Source of the DNA: Bugula neritina
Taxonomy: Eukaryota; Animalia; Bryozoa
Direction: 5' to 3'
DNA: 64,000 bases
Assembly (NCBI GenBank): GCA_964035545.1
Contig: OZ037765.1
Span: 19,158,995-19,222,994 of the forward strand
The position numbers were made by a program, and so were the translations under genes. Positions within the stretch are counted from its first letter, which is position 1. Each line of letters opens with the position of its first letter. Shown piece by piece: positions 1 through 13,100 of this stretch. The notes beneath the pieces were generated by a model that did not search any database, had not been told where the DNA came from, and worked only from the letters and a program-made list of their open reading frames with translations.

Positions 1-2675
1 CTTAGATGAAGCAGGAAAATCTTGGCTATTACTAAATATGCTTGACAAAGCAGTGAATATAGAGCCAGCACTTCCTTCGCCAACAATTATAACTTTCGAA
101 TTCAGTACTGGAAGAACTTTCATGATTGCAGAATCAGCTGGATGGTACAGATAAGGATGCTGAAAATAAAACCATATAAGAAGAACTGTTAATTTGCTAT
201 TTCTTGTAACAAAATTAAACAAAACTAGTTGGACATTTCAAAATTTGCCCTGTGTCAATGAATGTTATATATAATGGAGAAATAAGTTGAAGAGTATCAA
301 TACATTTTAGACAGTGGGGGATTTAGCAATGGTGGTTATGCAATTTTCTAGCCGTATTTTTATTTTGTACAGATAAAATGATTGGGTCATATTCTGATTA
401 TGTATGATATTTATAATTTATCAATTTTGTCAGTTTGCATAAAATAAACATAAAAGTAATGAGATTGCATTAAAATTGTATATACCATTAAAATCAATAT
501 TTTAAATATTCCTATAAATACAAGATCTGCCAAATAAATCAGACTATACAAATTTTGCAATCTAACTTTTTATAATATATATGGATACAGCCATGTATAA
601 ATATATTTGAATATTCAATGAAGCAGAAAGTTTGGTTGACATATTTCATGCACAAAAATTGTTTTGTCAAAGTATTTTTAATCTATTTTGCTAAAAGATT
701 GCAAAAATGATTTGTTGAGCAGCAAAGTTCTATGTTCTATAACTCATGATAATGTAACTTATGATTTAAGTTTTAATATGACTTAGAATTTTAACTTCTG
801 TAAAAAAGGTTTAGTTTCAACTGCTAGCCTAAACCTTAGTGCTTTAGTGCACAGCATATTGATATTAAATGAGATATGAAATAGATTGTTTGTCAGACTC
901 CATACCACTAATTTAAGCTCTATTAATTATAGTTGCATGGTTTAGTCAATAATATTTGGACTGAGTTTGCTACTAACTAGTAAAGAGCTTGACATGCATT
1001 ACAACACACATTTAATTAACTAACAATACAATACAACAACTCAAAAGGAATAAAAAAGAAATTAATAGTTGTTTAAAAACAATAGCCATTATCTGCTAGT
1101 AGCATCTAAATAAATTTAGTAAATGACATTTAGGCCAACTTACTGCATACCCAATACCAACAGACACCGCAGCTGTAAACAGACAAGCAGCTTCTAGAGT
1201 TGGAACTCCAACTACTGTGAGAATATCTTCTCCAGGAATAAGTCCTAAGGCTAACAAACCTTTAGCATACTCATCAGCCTGAAATATTCAGATTGAATAA
1301 TTTGAAAAGCTTTATTTATTGCTATATCACAATAATTATATGTGTCTAGTCAGAAAGGAATGTTACTGTTTAAATCAAGCTACTCTCTATAAAATTGAAA
1401 AGATATATAAATCATATTCTTTAATATTTGCATGTGCAGCTAAATGAAAAATAGATGGCTGAAGTAAAACTAAGTAACTTTTGCTAACTTGAAATACAGA
1501 TAAAATATAAAAAGTTATGCTTTTGATGTTAATATATATTATGTCTAACTTCAAACAAACAAGCATTTTACCAGTAAAATATTGATTGAGATATTATAGC
1601 TTGCCTCTTCTTTGAGGTAGGTGCAGTAAGTGAGAAGTTGAGAAAAGCCTGTGTTCTAGATTACAAAATGTAGCAAAAGAAATTATGTTCCCAAAAGAAT
1701 TTCAAAAGGTGCCCCAAACCAGAATTTACAAAGAAATTTAAAGAACTTAGACTATCTCAGTTTCTCAACTATTGCTTTTTGATTAGAGCTACTAAATTTA
1801 TTACCAAAACGAACTGAACAAAAACTTTCACCGTGGAGTACTAAAGCACAAAAACCAATGATTCAAAAAATATGAGCAAGGTTGCAGCTCACTGCTTTCA
1901 ATTTTTGAAGTTAAAAAGCTATCAGCAAGCCATGACTAGTAACCAACAATGATTAGACAGCATCACGTGATCAATCAAAATAAAATGGAATAATATAGTA
2001 ATGCAAAATACATGTGCATAATCTACATTGCTCCTAAATGTCTTCTTTATTACCGTGTATATAATGCAGGTGCCATCACTTTAATGGTTAACTACTAGCA
2101 CTAACTAAAGTAATTGACTATATTATATTATGATACAACAATATATTATATTTTACAAACCATAAATTACTGGAAAGTGTCAATCTATGCTGGAGAAGTC
2201 TAGACTAGTATTAAACAAAAATAGAAACACTGAAAGCATGATGCATGTACTTCTAAGTGCAGATGCCAATTTTGTAAAGGTTAATGAATTCCAACTGTAG
2301 CCTATTTTTACTAAAAAAATAGGTCTAACGTGTCAATAATAAAATGCAGAAAGCAAAAACTAATTACTGTAGATGATTGATACCAGCAGAATTGAATGTC
2401 CAAATGAAATTAAAACCACTCAAGCTTCAAGTACTAGTTGTACTAAAACAAGTTCAATGCCCTGCATCTAGTAACATCCTGTATCAATAAATTTAACATA
2501 CCTTATCATAGACTTGACTAGCTGTCATTCTCTCCATAGTCTCTAAGTTAACCAACTCTCCATCACTTCCTTCCTTTCTGGCTTTCTCAAACAGTTGGTA
2601 AAGTACCAGATCTTCTTGTATTGGATGTTCAGGATCATGTGTGTTGACATAACTTTTAGTCAGGGGTTCAGACAT
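1..2675 (-). CDS. AMP-binding acyl-CoA synthetase (ACSF2-like), N-terminal coding exons 2675-2502, 1278-1144, 159-1; gene continues beyond the left edge
   Basis: Three phase-0 exons with GT-AG boundaries join to MSEPLTKSYVNTHDPEHPIQEDLVLYQLFEKARKEG...MTASQVYDK|ADEYAKGLLALGLIPGEDILTVVG...AVSVGIGYA|HPYLYHPADSAIMK... This resembles the ACSF2-type N-terminus (SYV...L.QL...T..Q....D..A.GLLALGL..GD). The AMP-binding signature lies outside the window. Confidence 0.75.
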
Positions 2676-3024
2676 TTTTTCAGCTTGAAGTTTTATTCTA
2701 ATGACCAAAAGATAATAGCTTTTGAAGTGTATTATAAGATTTAAAGCAAGTTGAAAAGATTAATATTAATAATTAAGTTTTCTAAAACAATTTTATAACC
2801 TGATATAGCAAAATCAAAATTTAAAAACACAGCTGTAGGCCTATCTTGAGTTATCATGCAGTCAGTATAATCAAGATGTATTAAATTAGTTTCAAGAAAC
2901 AGAAAAATTCCAAAATACAAGCCCTGTGTACTCACTGAATTCACACGGTTACTCTACGATCAACTTAGCCTGCGTAAGACATTACCATTATTTTTATAGC
3001 TACTGTACAGAATAGGTGTTATAT

Positions 3025-3630
3025 TGTAATAATTTTATGCGTAGAATGTTATGATTCGCTGCATGCAATTATTGGTGTGGGTTGTTAGCTGATGGAACAC
3101 AGTGACTCTTTGTAGGAGGGTATTTATGCACAATAAATAAGAAACGTAATACTCACAATCCCCTTTATTTTACTCCATAATATATATAAATCCAAAAATA
3201 GCAGTTAGGGAGGACAACTCCTTACATGTATGGAAAACTTACTAGTAAACTGATAAACAAAGTATAAGATAATTAACTAAGTGTGTTATTGTCCTGGCTT
3301 GGTAGCTCCGAGATGTGTCCTGTTGTGCTGCTGGCTGAAGACTGACTCTACTGTGTTGAGGGCCTCCTTTTATACGTTGGGAAACATTCCCACCAGAATG
3401 TTCCGAGCGAATTCGAGGGAATTCGCTCGAATCGCAGGGGATTCGCAGGGCTAGAATAAAGGAATCGCTCGAATCGAGCGAACTTCGCAGGGAAATCCCG
3501 GTTATCTTGATTATATAAGTGTTCCTGTGAGCCGTCAGAAACAATAGCTAATCCAGTCACGTCGGTAGTAATAAGTAGCTGGGAATAATAGCTAATCCTA
3601 TCATTGCCAACATAACACTTAGCTGTTACA
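3025..3630 (-). mobile_element. Solo LTR (~606 bp) in the first intron of the acyl-CoA synthetase gene
   Basis: Ends TGTAAT...GTTACA; flanks ATAT/ATAC (4-bp TSD, 1 mismatch). On the minus strand: TATAAAAGGAGG (~3374-3363), AATAAA (~3170-3165) and short GC-rich U3-like repeats at 3400-3500. Confidence 0.65.
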
Positions 3631-4103
3631 ATACTATGGCTATGTAATGATGTATATCTAAGAAAACACGCATTCCATGGGAATGAAGATAATAATAGTA
3701 AGGGGAATACAAGCATTAGTTACTATACACAATTTTACCACAATATTATGTCATGTACTCTTTTGACTAGCTAACTAAATAATACATATTGACTCTTTTG
3801 CGCCCACTGAATTATACGCCACACATAGATAACAGTAAACTGCAAACTACAGTTTTTAAGCTACCGTGAAATTTATTTTGGTAAAGCTCGCAAGAAGTAT
3901 GTGAAAACAGGTTATTGTTAGATCACTTCTAGCTGTGACAGGATGAAGCAGGCATTTTCCTGTCACATCTCTAATTGCAGCTGTCAACTTGATACTGCAG
4001 TAGCCGTATTGAGTTGCAGGCAGTTTAAATTAACAAACGTATTCACATATCTAGGAAAGTATAGTAGGAAATATATTTCCTACTATATTAATAGGGCAAT
4101 AGC

Positions 4104-5892
4104 CAGGGATGTAGTGGCAAAATTATTCTTGGCCATACTCTCAGGCCGGGGGTCCAGGGGGCCGCCCAGGCCCCCGGCGGGGTCCGGGGCAGCGCCCCGG
4201 CCGCCGAAGCCCTCAGAGCGATTCTGATGCAAATTTATGCAATTTAAAGCCATTTGAATTTTAATTCTTCTGAAAAAAATCTGTGTTGAAATGTGCACCT
4301 CACTATTATTTTCATACCATACCAGCTACATGACGACTGGGCATTGCTGCAAACTATATAAATATTCAGTATTGTCCCATACCTGTTGACTGTAATTTTA
4401 AATGTAGTCTTACTCAACAGACACTAAGTCCAACCTGTACAGAAAAATTTCTGAAGATCTCAAAAAGATGGAAGGATAGAGGCAGGTAACAAGTTCTCTC
4501 CAAATGCAACCTGATTACTTTAAATAACTAATACACTGACGTGCACAGAAAAAGAATTATAGATCAGAAAAGATTGCAAATCAGAAAATGTGTGTTGGTT
4601 ATTTATAAAAAGCAATTTGAATTGATAACTCATTGGCAAGCAGAAATTGGTTGAAAACCTATTTGGAGTTTATTAGAGTACTAGTCTAATCCATAAGGAG
4701 ATACCACCACACCTCCTTACACACAATAAAGCACACCAAAGAAGAGTATGTTAACTTGGTTTTAAAATTAAACCCCTGAGCTTTCACTAAACACATCAAG
4801 GAAATATACCCCAAAAGAACAAATTTGACAGGTTTAACATGTGTTAACCTAGAAGATGATTAAATGTAAAGCCAGAGTTGGTACAATCAAACATAAAAGA
4901 TTACTTATGGTGGTGTACAGTTTGCAAAACCTTATTGCATTGATAATTAACATGCAATAGCGCTAGGTTTTCGACCAAAATGTGGATATTATAGTACCTG
5001 TAGACCTCAGTGATAAATTTTCATTAACCTCTCCTGCACACCTGGTACTCTTTCCTGAATACATTTTGATTTTATTTCTGGATTTCATGTTGGTTTTTTT
5101 CCAAATTTCATTGCTTATTGACAAAATGCAAGTCCACAAAAGATAGATAAGGGCAACTTTCTAGCTGTCACTGCCTTGCTGAGGCCACATTATTGGTATA
5201 TTATAAGAATTCAGTCCTGCCAAATAAAACCATACTTTATTGTGCTAGAATTAGAATTTAAAAACTATGTTTTAGACCTTCCTATTTCCCAGAGCACCTG
5301 CTTTTTCGAATTTTCAATATTTTTTTTTGCAAGGTTATAGACAAAAATCTACTATTTTTGGCCAATTTTACCTGAAGTTTATTTTCCAATCCCTGCCAAA
5401 TATCTCAGCAGAAAAGCATAGTATTTGAATAGAACAAACACTGTTGGAATCCTGAGAAATTTATGCATAACTGCTATTTTTATCTTTTCAATAGCCTTCA
5501 TAGATTTTCTACAAATTAGTGATTTATACACCGAAAATGAAATATTTTTTCCCTAGTAATCACCAATGCACAGCACTTCGCGCTTCAGTGAATACGTAGA
5601 GATGAGAAGATGAAATGTTGATAGCTGCTTATTATTCATAGTGTAATCTCAGGCTAAACAATCACAAGTAGGCAACACGCATGCCACCCACATAGCATTA
5701 ACAAAACAAGAACTTAAACTAGATTGTGAGCGAAATTTATGATATTCTCAGTGAGGATGCCCTAACTATCCTGTGCACTAATCATCAGTAACACTTTCAA
5801 AAATATGCCCATACGGGCGTATGGCCAAGAACAGCCTATTTTCTTCTAGGCCATACGGCGTATGGGACCGTATGGGTACCACTACATCCCTG
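4104..5892. mobile_element. Non-autonomous hAT DNA transposon (1.79 kb)
   Basis: 14-bp TIRs CAGGGATGTAGTGG / CCACTACATCCCTG; perfect 8-bp TSD GCAATAGC (4096-4103 and 5893-5900); GC-rich subterminal block; no transposase ORF. Confidence 0.93.
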
Positions 5893-7066
5893 GCAATAGC
5901 TATATGCATGCTTGCAGCTATACTATAATGTTTCAAGAACTAAGCTCTGCTAGAAAGATGCTTCCTAAATACTCACGCATATTATTATAAGTATATAATT
6001 TAATTAATAATGCTGATCCCCAACTTTATTTTCTTCACTCATAAAAGGATGGGGTTTACCGCAGTTGTACAGATGCAATGTTAAACTCAAAAACTGATAT
6101 ATTATCAACTGCTTATACATCAGCTGCAATATCTTCTAACTGCTGAGCACAACAGAAGAAGAAATGAAGCTGGAAAATTGAAGTTTCTCTGCGTATATAA
6201 CCAATAATTGGTACACTTTAGTAACAGATTTGTTTTGTAAAATTTATTTTCAAAAAATATGTTTGGCTCAAAACAAACCGCTACTTAATTTTTAGTCTTA
6301 TATAATTACCCCATGCAATGGTAAAAATAATAGTAGACAACTAAATAATTATTGTCTTAAGTTCTCATTTCAACTATTTCTTAAATAAAACAGCATGAGT
6401 CTATAACTAATTAATTATAAAATATAGTAATATTATGCAGTTTGAGACTTTTAAATATTAGTCTCCATGTCTTAGTTATAACTATATACGTATTATACAG
6501 ACCAAACATAGGCCAAATTTCAGCTGCACTCTTAATTGACAAGCTACTTCAACTATAATAAGTAATAGGTTACAGTAAATGTAGCCAAGTTATATCTTAT
6601 AAGATAAAGAAAGCAATATTTCATAAATAAAGTTTGAATTTAGCTAAGAGATGGGTTAAGAACCACCACTAATGTGCGTCAGTTAAGTAATGTTTCCCAT
6701 TTTTTAGTAATCTATACAAGTTAATTTGAATAGTAATAGTACTTGTATATAGTTAGTTTTCATTCAGAATATCTAAAATTATTTTTTGCAAGTTAGTTTT
6801 GACGTTACACATATATCCAATTACAATTTCTTTAATACATTAGTTTTATTTCAAAGTAATATCTATATTTGAGACAATGCAAGAAATAGAGCAAAACCTG
6901 AAATTTATATGTTGATATCACTTCGAAGTTTGAAAATGCTAATGTGCATATTATGCATATCTTTTACTAAACTATATAATATATAACTGAAATTACTGTG
7001 TATTGGCCCACACAAACACATTTAAGATAGTACTTGCACATAAATTGTATAGAAAACATAACTTAC

Positions 7067-7145
7067 CTTTAAATTGAAGCTTCAGGGCTCAGTCATGTGA
7101 TAGCTGTTAGTGAGCTAGCAAACAATAGCTCATGCCTTTTTATAA
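7067..7145 (-). promoter_or_regulatory. Putative TATA box and non-coding first exon of the acyl-CoA synthetase gene
   Basis: Minus-strand TATAAAA at ~7144-7138 and a consensus donor AAAG|GTAAGT at 7067/7066. A matching acceptor TAG| at 2698/2697 lies 22 nt before the ATG. Confidence 0.5.
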
Positions 7146-8284
7146 TGAACTGCAGTTTCATCACAGTAGTGTACCAGCACTTTAGCATATAGTCTACAAT
7201 GTGCATTCCTGTATCAAATTTGATCATAACACGTTACATGACACTTCTTTCGCAATAAACCCCAATTAGCAAACAATACAAAAAATAATTAAAATCATCA
7301 TTTTTGTTCTAGGTATTTTATGTTAAAATGAAAGTTTTTTCTGTTACTACTTTATTTAAATAGCTATATAAAAATTGTCAAAAACTATTTTTAAAAAAAA
7401 TTGGTATATAAACAATTTCTATGCCTAAAATTATTACATCAGTTGTCAAAATATTAGCAAAAACATTCTGCAAGTTTTGTTGTATACTATTTGAACCAGA
7501 GAAATGGCTTTTAAATGTTTCTTTTATTATTTTTTTAAAGCTAAATACTGGGGAGGTTTCCTGAAGTTACTAGGGTAGGACTCTACTAATAAAAATATTT
7601 ATTTTAGATTATGCTATCAGTCTGATATGAAAGGTGAGTTTTTAGGCTAGTGAAGTGCATATATTGACAGTGCATGAGTTAATGCTTTCTAACTAAGAAT
7701 GTCTTTTAAGAATTTCACCATAATAAATATCAAGCAAAAATGCTTTTATATAAAAGACTAATTTTCTATTTAAGCAAAAGTAGTATATGGTACTGATTAA
7801 CATGCAGTACTAACGTGTTCAAAAAGACACATTATCTGTATTTGGTAACCTGGTATATCGAGTGCTTATGACTAAAATACTCTCTGCCGAGTATATAGGT
7901 GGTGTTTCACTAGTTTTTTTATACTCATTAAACACATCTTGTACTTTATATATATACATATGTACACATGTTGACACAATGTAATCTGACATTGACTCTT
8001 GTATAGTATATTTAGTAGAGAGATTATAACTCCAACTTTCAGTTGTCCGATCAAGCATAGCAACATGCCATGCATCCTTAAATTTATTTCTAAATTTGTG
8101 TAGTTTTAAAATTAATAATGGTGCATAATATTGCATTTACATTCATACATATATGCTGATTTACATGTATGTTGATGCATGTATACATATGTGCATCTGT
8201 GTGAGTGTGTGTGCATCTCTTATAACTAAAGGGTTTATTACTAACTTGAAATAGTATTCAGCTTAGTAATTGATCAGGCAGGTG

Positions 8285-8355
8285 CTTGTGTGTGATTGTG
8301 TGCAATTGTGTGTGATTGTGTGTGATTGTGTGTGATTGTGCGTGTATGTGTGTGT
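8285..8355. repeat. (TGTGTGATTG)n / TG-rich microsatellite
   Basis: Visible 10-bp tandem units. Confidence 0.85.
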
Positions 8356-9276
8356 AATATAAAATATCGACTTTGTTGGGCTGGTCACGTAAATAGAATG
8401 AAAAACAAGCTCTTGCTGAGAATGGTCTTGTATGATAAACTGAGTGATGGTAAGCAAACTTTGAGTATGCCTTAAAGAAAATACAAAAACCGTGAGTCAG
8501 ACTGTTTTAAATCTCTTAATTGTAGCCATTTTATAGGGTGTGTTAGCATTTCAAGCAAAACACAGATTTATTGCTGTTGAAATTAAATAAAAAACATCTA
8601 GATTTATTTAACTTTAACCTATCCCTGCCTCAATTTGTCTTTCAAGCATTGAGCTAATTTAATTAAGCCACCAACGTGTTTGGAAGAACAACTGATATAT
8701 GCATTGTGTATAAGCTGTCACTTTTCTGCAACTCACTTCTTATTCTGTAAATATTTTGTTAAAATGCACTTTTTTATGTTTTTTGTTGTTGTTAGCATAC
8801 AGTTGTTTGTACATATAATTTCCTCCAATTTATTTTTGATCCCTTAGTTTTGTCTTGCATATATGTGTATATATCATTTTCAAGTGCTCTTTTAATATTC
8901 TGCTAAAATCAATACTATATTAAAACTTGAAAGAAGAAAATAAAATAAATATTGCGTGCAGTACAACATTATGAGAGGTTTTATCACTTGATATAAAATA
9001 TTGAATTTTACTCTTCAGTATTATCATATATATTGTGATTCTTTCTTTCATCAAAAGATGAAAGAAAGAATCGCAAGATTTTGTCACCTAATCAATTGAT
9101 TGAGCTGAAAGTTATTATGCCCAGAATGCACTCCAATCTAAAATCTAATGAGTTTGTAAAACTCATCTATAACTGAGTTGTTTGCCTCAACAAAATTTAG
9201 ATTAGATCTCAGCAGTCTTCGAGCAAGATTTGCTTCTGATTCTAAAATAGTTCAGCTCCAGAAACCAAACCTATTG

Positions 9277-12014
9277 ATGCTGCTCTCCAAGTTATACGCA
9301 ACAGGTACAGTATAGCTCAGTTCATCTCACATATATAAGGCATATACAATAATTATAGTGACATGAAAGCAATTTTTTTCGCATTACTAATTAACTATAC
9401 CTATAATTTAAATAAAGTAAATATAAAATAAATTTAATAGCGTTTATCCGCATGACGGAGAGAGTTTTGTGATACTTGAAGCTATTTTATTAAAATTTAA
9501 ACTCACCATATCCACAAACTTTAAAGGTGTGTATGTTAACATAAAATGTTCAATATTTGTAATTTGATTTCAAGATTACAAATTAGAATTTTTGAAGATG
9601 ACATAAGTTTACTCAGATATATAAATATTAGGTAGTTTTGTTATATTTAATAAGATATTTTAGTTTTTTTAAAAAATTTCTAATGGAAAGGTCCACAAAA
9701 CTAAGTAAAATTTGTTTCTGCAAAATTAAATACTTGATTATTTTTTAAAACTTTGTCACCATTAATTTTTTTATAACACCAATTAACTAATTAATTAGTA
9801 ATTATTGTGCATAACTCGCTATACAGAAGTGCATCTTTGCAATACGTGCCTGCACACATGTAGATACATAGCTTATGCTAAATATTTTTTTATGAATTTT
9901 GTATTCTTAAGTTTTCCTATTTTTTATCTACATAATATTTTTACTTTGGAGAAACTTTTTTAACATTATGAGTCACAAACATATCATTTTCATCAGTACT
10001 GGTATAAAGAATTATTTACACTGTTTTACTATATGAGATTGACTAACTATATAGACTTTACAAACGGCTTTATTTACAGATTTACATATTAATTATTTTG
10101 GTAATTTTAATGAACAAAGTTCAATTTTGAAAAAGCAAGTAGCGTGCTTTATTTTAGACTATAGTGACTAGATATTAAAACAGAGCACAAGCATGTTATA
10201 TCAGAGTGAGATTTTTTACTTTTTATAATGTAATAAAACAATCTAAAAATAGCATACACTTGTGCTGCACTTCTTTGAAAAGTTTATTTGCTGTTTAACC
10301 AAACACAACAAGTAAACATTGCAAGCGTTTAACCCTATTTTGTACATTTTAGTGCACATTGTGACACTTGTCACAAGTCAATGCATCCTTCACACTGACA
10401 GGTTCAGAAGATACAGTGTGCCAGAGAGCATGTCAGTGACAGATCTTATGACAGGTAAATCAACATTCTGTCAAACTGCAGAAATCTGTCTCCTGAAATG
10501 CACTGGTGAAAGAAATTGCCAAGGAATTTTTTATGATGTGCAAACTAAACAATGCTTTTTAAAAGATTGTTTGAATCCGAATCTATTTATGGAATGGAAA
10601 GGACAAAAGTCAAACTACAGTTTTCAGATTTCACAGAAAATCAACATCCAGCCAAATAAACTTCTAGCAAGAGGTAAGAATAAATAGCACATGCAATGTT
10701 TAAACTAAAAATATATTCTTACATTTGTTCAACATGAGCAGTTGCTGGCCATCTGTACTTTATCAAGTGAAAAAACTTACTTTTAACCCTCACCGTACTG
10801 AAATGATATGTTGATAGGATAATATTGTGTGGTATATGAACAATGCTCTCAAACTCCACCCCCCCCCACCCTCTAATCAATTTAGTTCTGGGTGATATAA
10901 GCTAAATTTCTTGAAACATGATTAAGGCATTCTGACGTGATACAAAAAATATTTACTCACAACACTTTTACTTTGCAAATTATATAAAAGTTACAATATT
11001 ATATTTTATTTGTGATTATAGAAAAACCAGCAAAGATGTCGAGTGTGTTTGTTAGACATGATGGAGTCCTATTAGTCGCTTCCTACGCTGTAGATGGTAA
11101 TTATGATAAGGGTAATCCTGACTACTTATCGATGGCTAACAGCCAATTCGAAGATAGACCCTGGTGGAGAGTTAATTTGGTTGGCACTCACTGTGTCTGG
11201 GCAGTTAACATACTCAACAGAGCTGATGGTAATTAAGTTGCAACATAATATAACAAAGTGATATACTTCAATTTGAACCTAAAATAAAGTCGATATATAA
11301 TTTACTAATTTCAGCATAATATTATATTGATTATACAAAGAATTATTAAAATTTTTTTTGCAAATTTTTCACTCACCATTCTATAGATCATGGCTAAACA
11401 AAAATATTTAGACATAAGCTAAAAGCACTGAACTATTCTCGTTGCATTTACTCTGCGATAGCATATACAATTAATGTAATTTTGAGGCTATTAACTAACT
11501 GCACTTCTAATTTTCTTCTAGCTTGAAACATTCTAAGAAATTGCATTTTAGTCAACTCATTTTACCATCAATCAAGCAGTAAATCACGTTTTCAGGTGTT
11601 GATACACCTATGAACTAACAAAATATACAGTATATTAATGTTAGTCTAAGGCTTTAAGCCTATCCTAAAACAAAAAAGTTTAGAATAATTTATTCTATTC
11701 AACTATTGTGTGAAATATGAGGTAATCATTTAAAATGAGTCTGATGAAAATTTAATTGATCAATTTAAGAAAAATGGGGAGAGTTGTGGAAAAGAACAGC
11801 TAATGCTGAGGTTACAGTTGCCATGACAGAAGCAGAGTTGGAATTTACTGGAAATAACCCTGAAGTCCTGTGCTACTACTATGATGGAGTCCTCAACCAA
11901 TACTACACCCTTGTTACATGTAAACAACCAATCAGAGGTCAATTTGTTCAAATTTTGCTTAATGCAAAGGCTGGGCTGATCAATATTTATGAGGTAGAAG
12001 TGCATGGAATTTAA
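9277..12014 (+). CDS. PAN/apple + F-type lectin (fucolectin-like) protein, copy 1; exons 9277-9304, 10353-10673, 11022-11228, 11770-12014
   Basis: All introns are phase-1 GT-AG. The product reads MLLSKLYATVHIVTLVTSQC (signal-like), then a PAN-type Cys pattern (ICLLKC.....CQGIFYD....CFLK), then an F-type lectin domain (KPAKMSS...ASYAVDGN...PWWRVNL...NRAD...CKQPIRGQFVQI...YEVEVHG). The exact start codon is uncertain. Confidence 0.85.
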
Positions 12015-13100
12015 GATTTCAAAAAGTACACCTGGAAAGAATATCTGTAAGGGTATTTGCAATAATTGCAAAAGTTGAAAGATTTGTTGTTTTCTTTCTA
12101 TAATAATGTTGTGTCGTGGTGTTGTGAAGAAGTACATTTCAATCCATATTGAATGTTTTGTTTGTGATAATGCAGTTGATATAATTATAGCTTACCATTT
12201 TTTTGTATCTTTTAAATTAGTATAGTTGCATATTGTGAAAAATTAATAAAAAAACAAGCTGACTTTTAGAAGGGGGTTACATGGGTTTTCGTAGTAGACT
12301 ATTATAGTTGAATATATGCAAGTTTTTTTCTTCTATAAAATACAGTTATGTTTGTCTCTCATGATAGCCCATATTAATAGATTATTGTAAACTTATCTTT
12401 TACAGTTTTATTTCATGCTAGCCAAAGGTATGCTGATAGTCGTTACGGAATTGAATGCCTTTTATATAGACTGGTCATATTATGCATTTTATGATTTTCT
12501 CTTTTAACAAGCCATGTGTGTGTTTAGTATATTTCGATGCTGATCAATGCCAATTATTATTTAGCTGTACTCTTTGTCAGTATAATAAAAGCAAGTCATT
12601 GTTTATATGTATTACCTGTTTATTATCTGAATAACCTTATATATAACTGTTGAGAAATAATTCCAGTTGTTCAATAAGTTATAGTTCTTTGTGAAAGTAT
12701 TGGCCTAAAAGTGAAGTTGAAGCAATATAAACAACACATGTATTAAAGCACAAACATAATATATAACAAGCAACAATTGGGTATTTAAGCAGGTATAGCA
12801 CATAAATGACATTATTACTCTGCTGTGAATTCATGTAAGTAAATCACAATGTGTGAGTTATTGAGACTGCAAAGCATGCAGGTGTTTACTAGAATCATCC
12901 AAAGTAAAGCCTCATTCACACTTGCCATATACCATACTTCAGCCATTTTTACAAATGTTTGACCTTCCTGTACGGTACGTTAGGATCAAGCACTGCTTGA
13001 TTCAAACAATTTGTGGCGGGCTCCTATTCTACAGTACATTTTTTCCATCAACTTATTGGATATAAATGTCTAATGAAGTGTCATAGATTTTACCTAATAT

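Noticed and set aside
3242-4298. ORFs at 3242-3716 and 3943-4298
   Set aside because: They fall within the solo LTR and the GC-rich hAT terminus and have no protein motifs.
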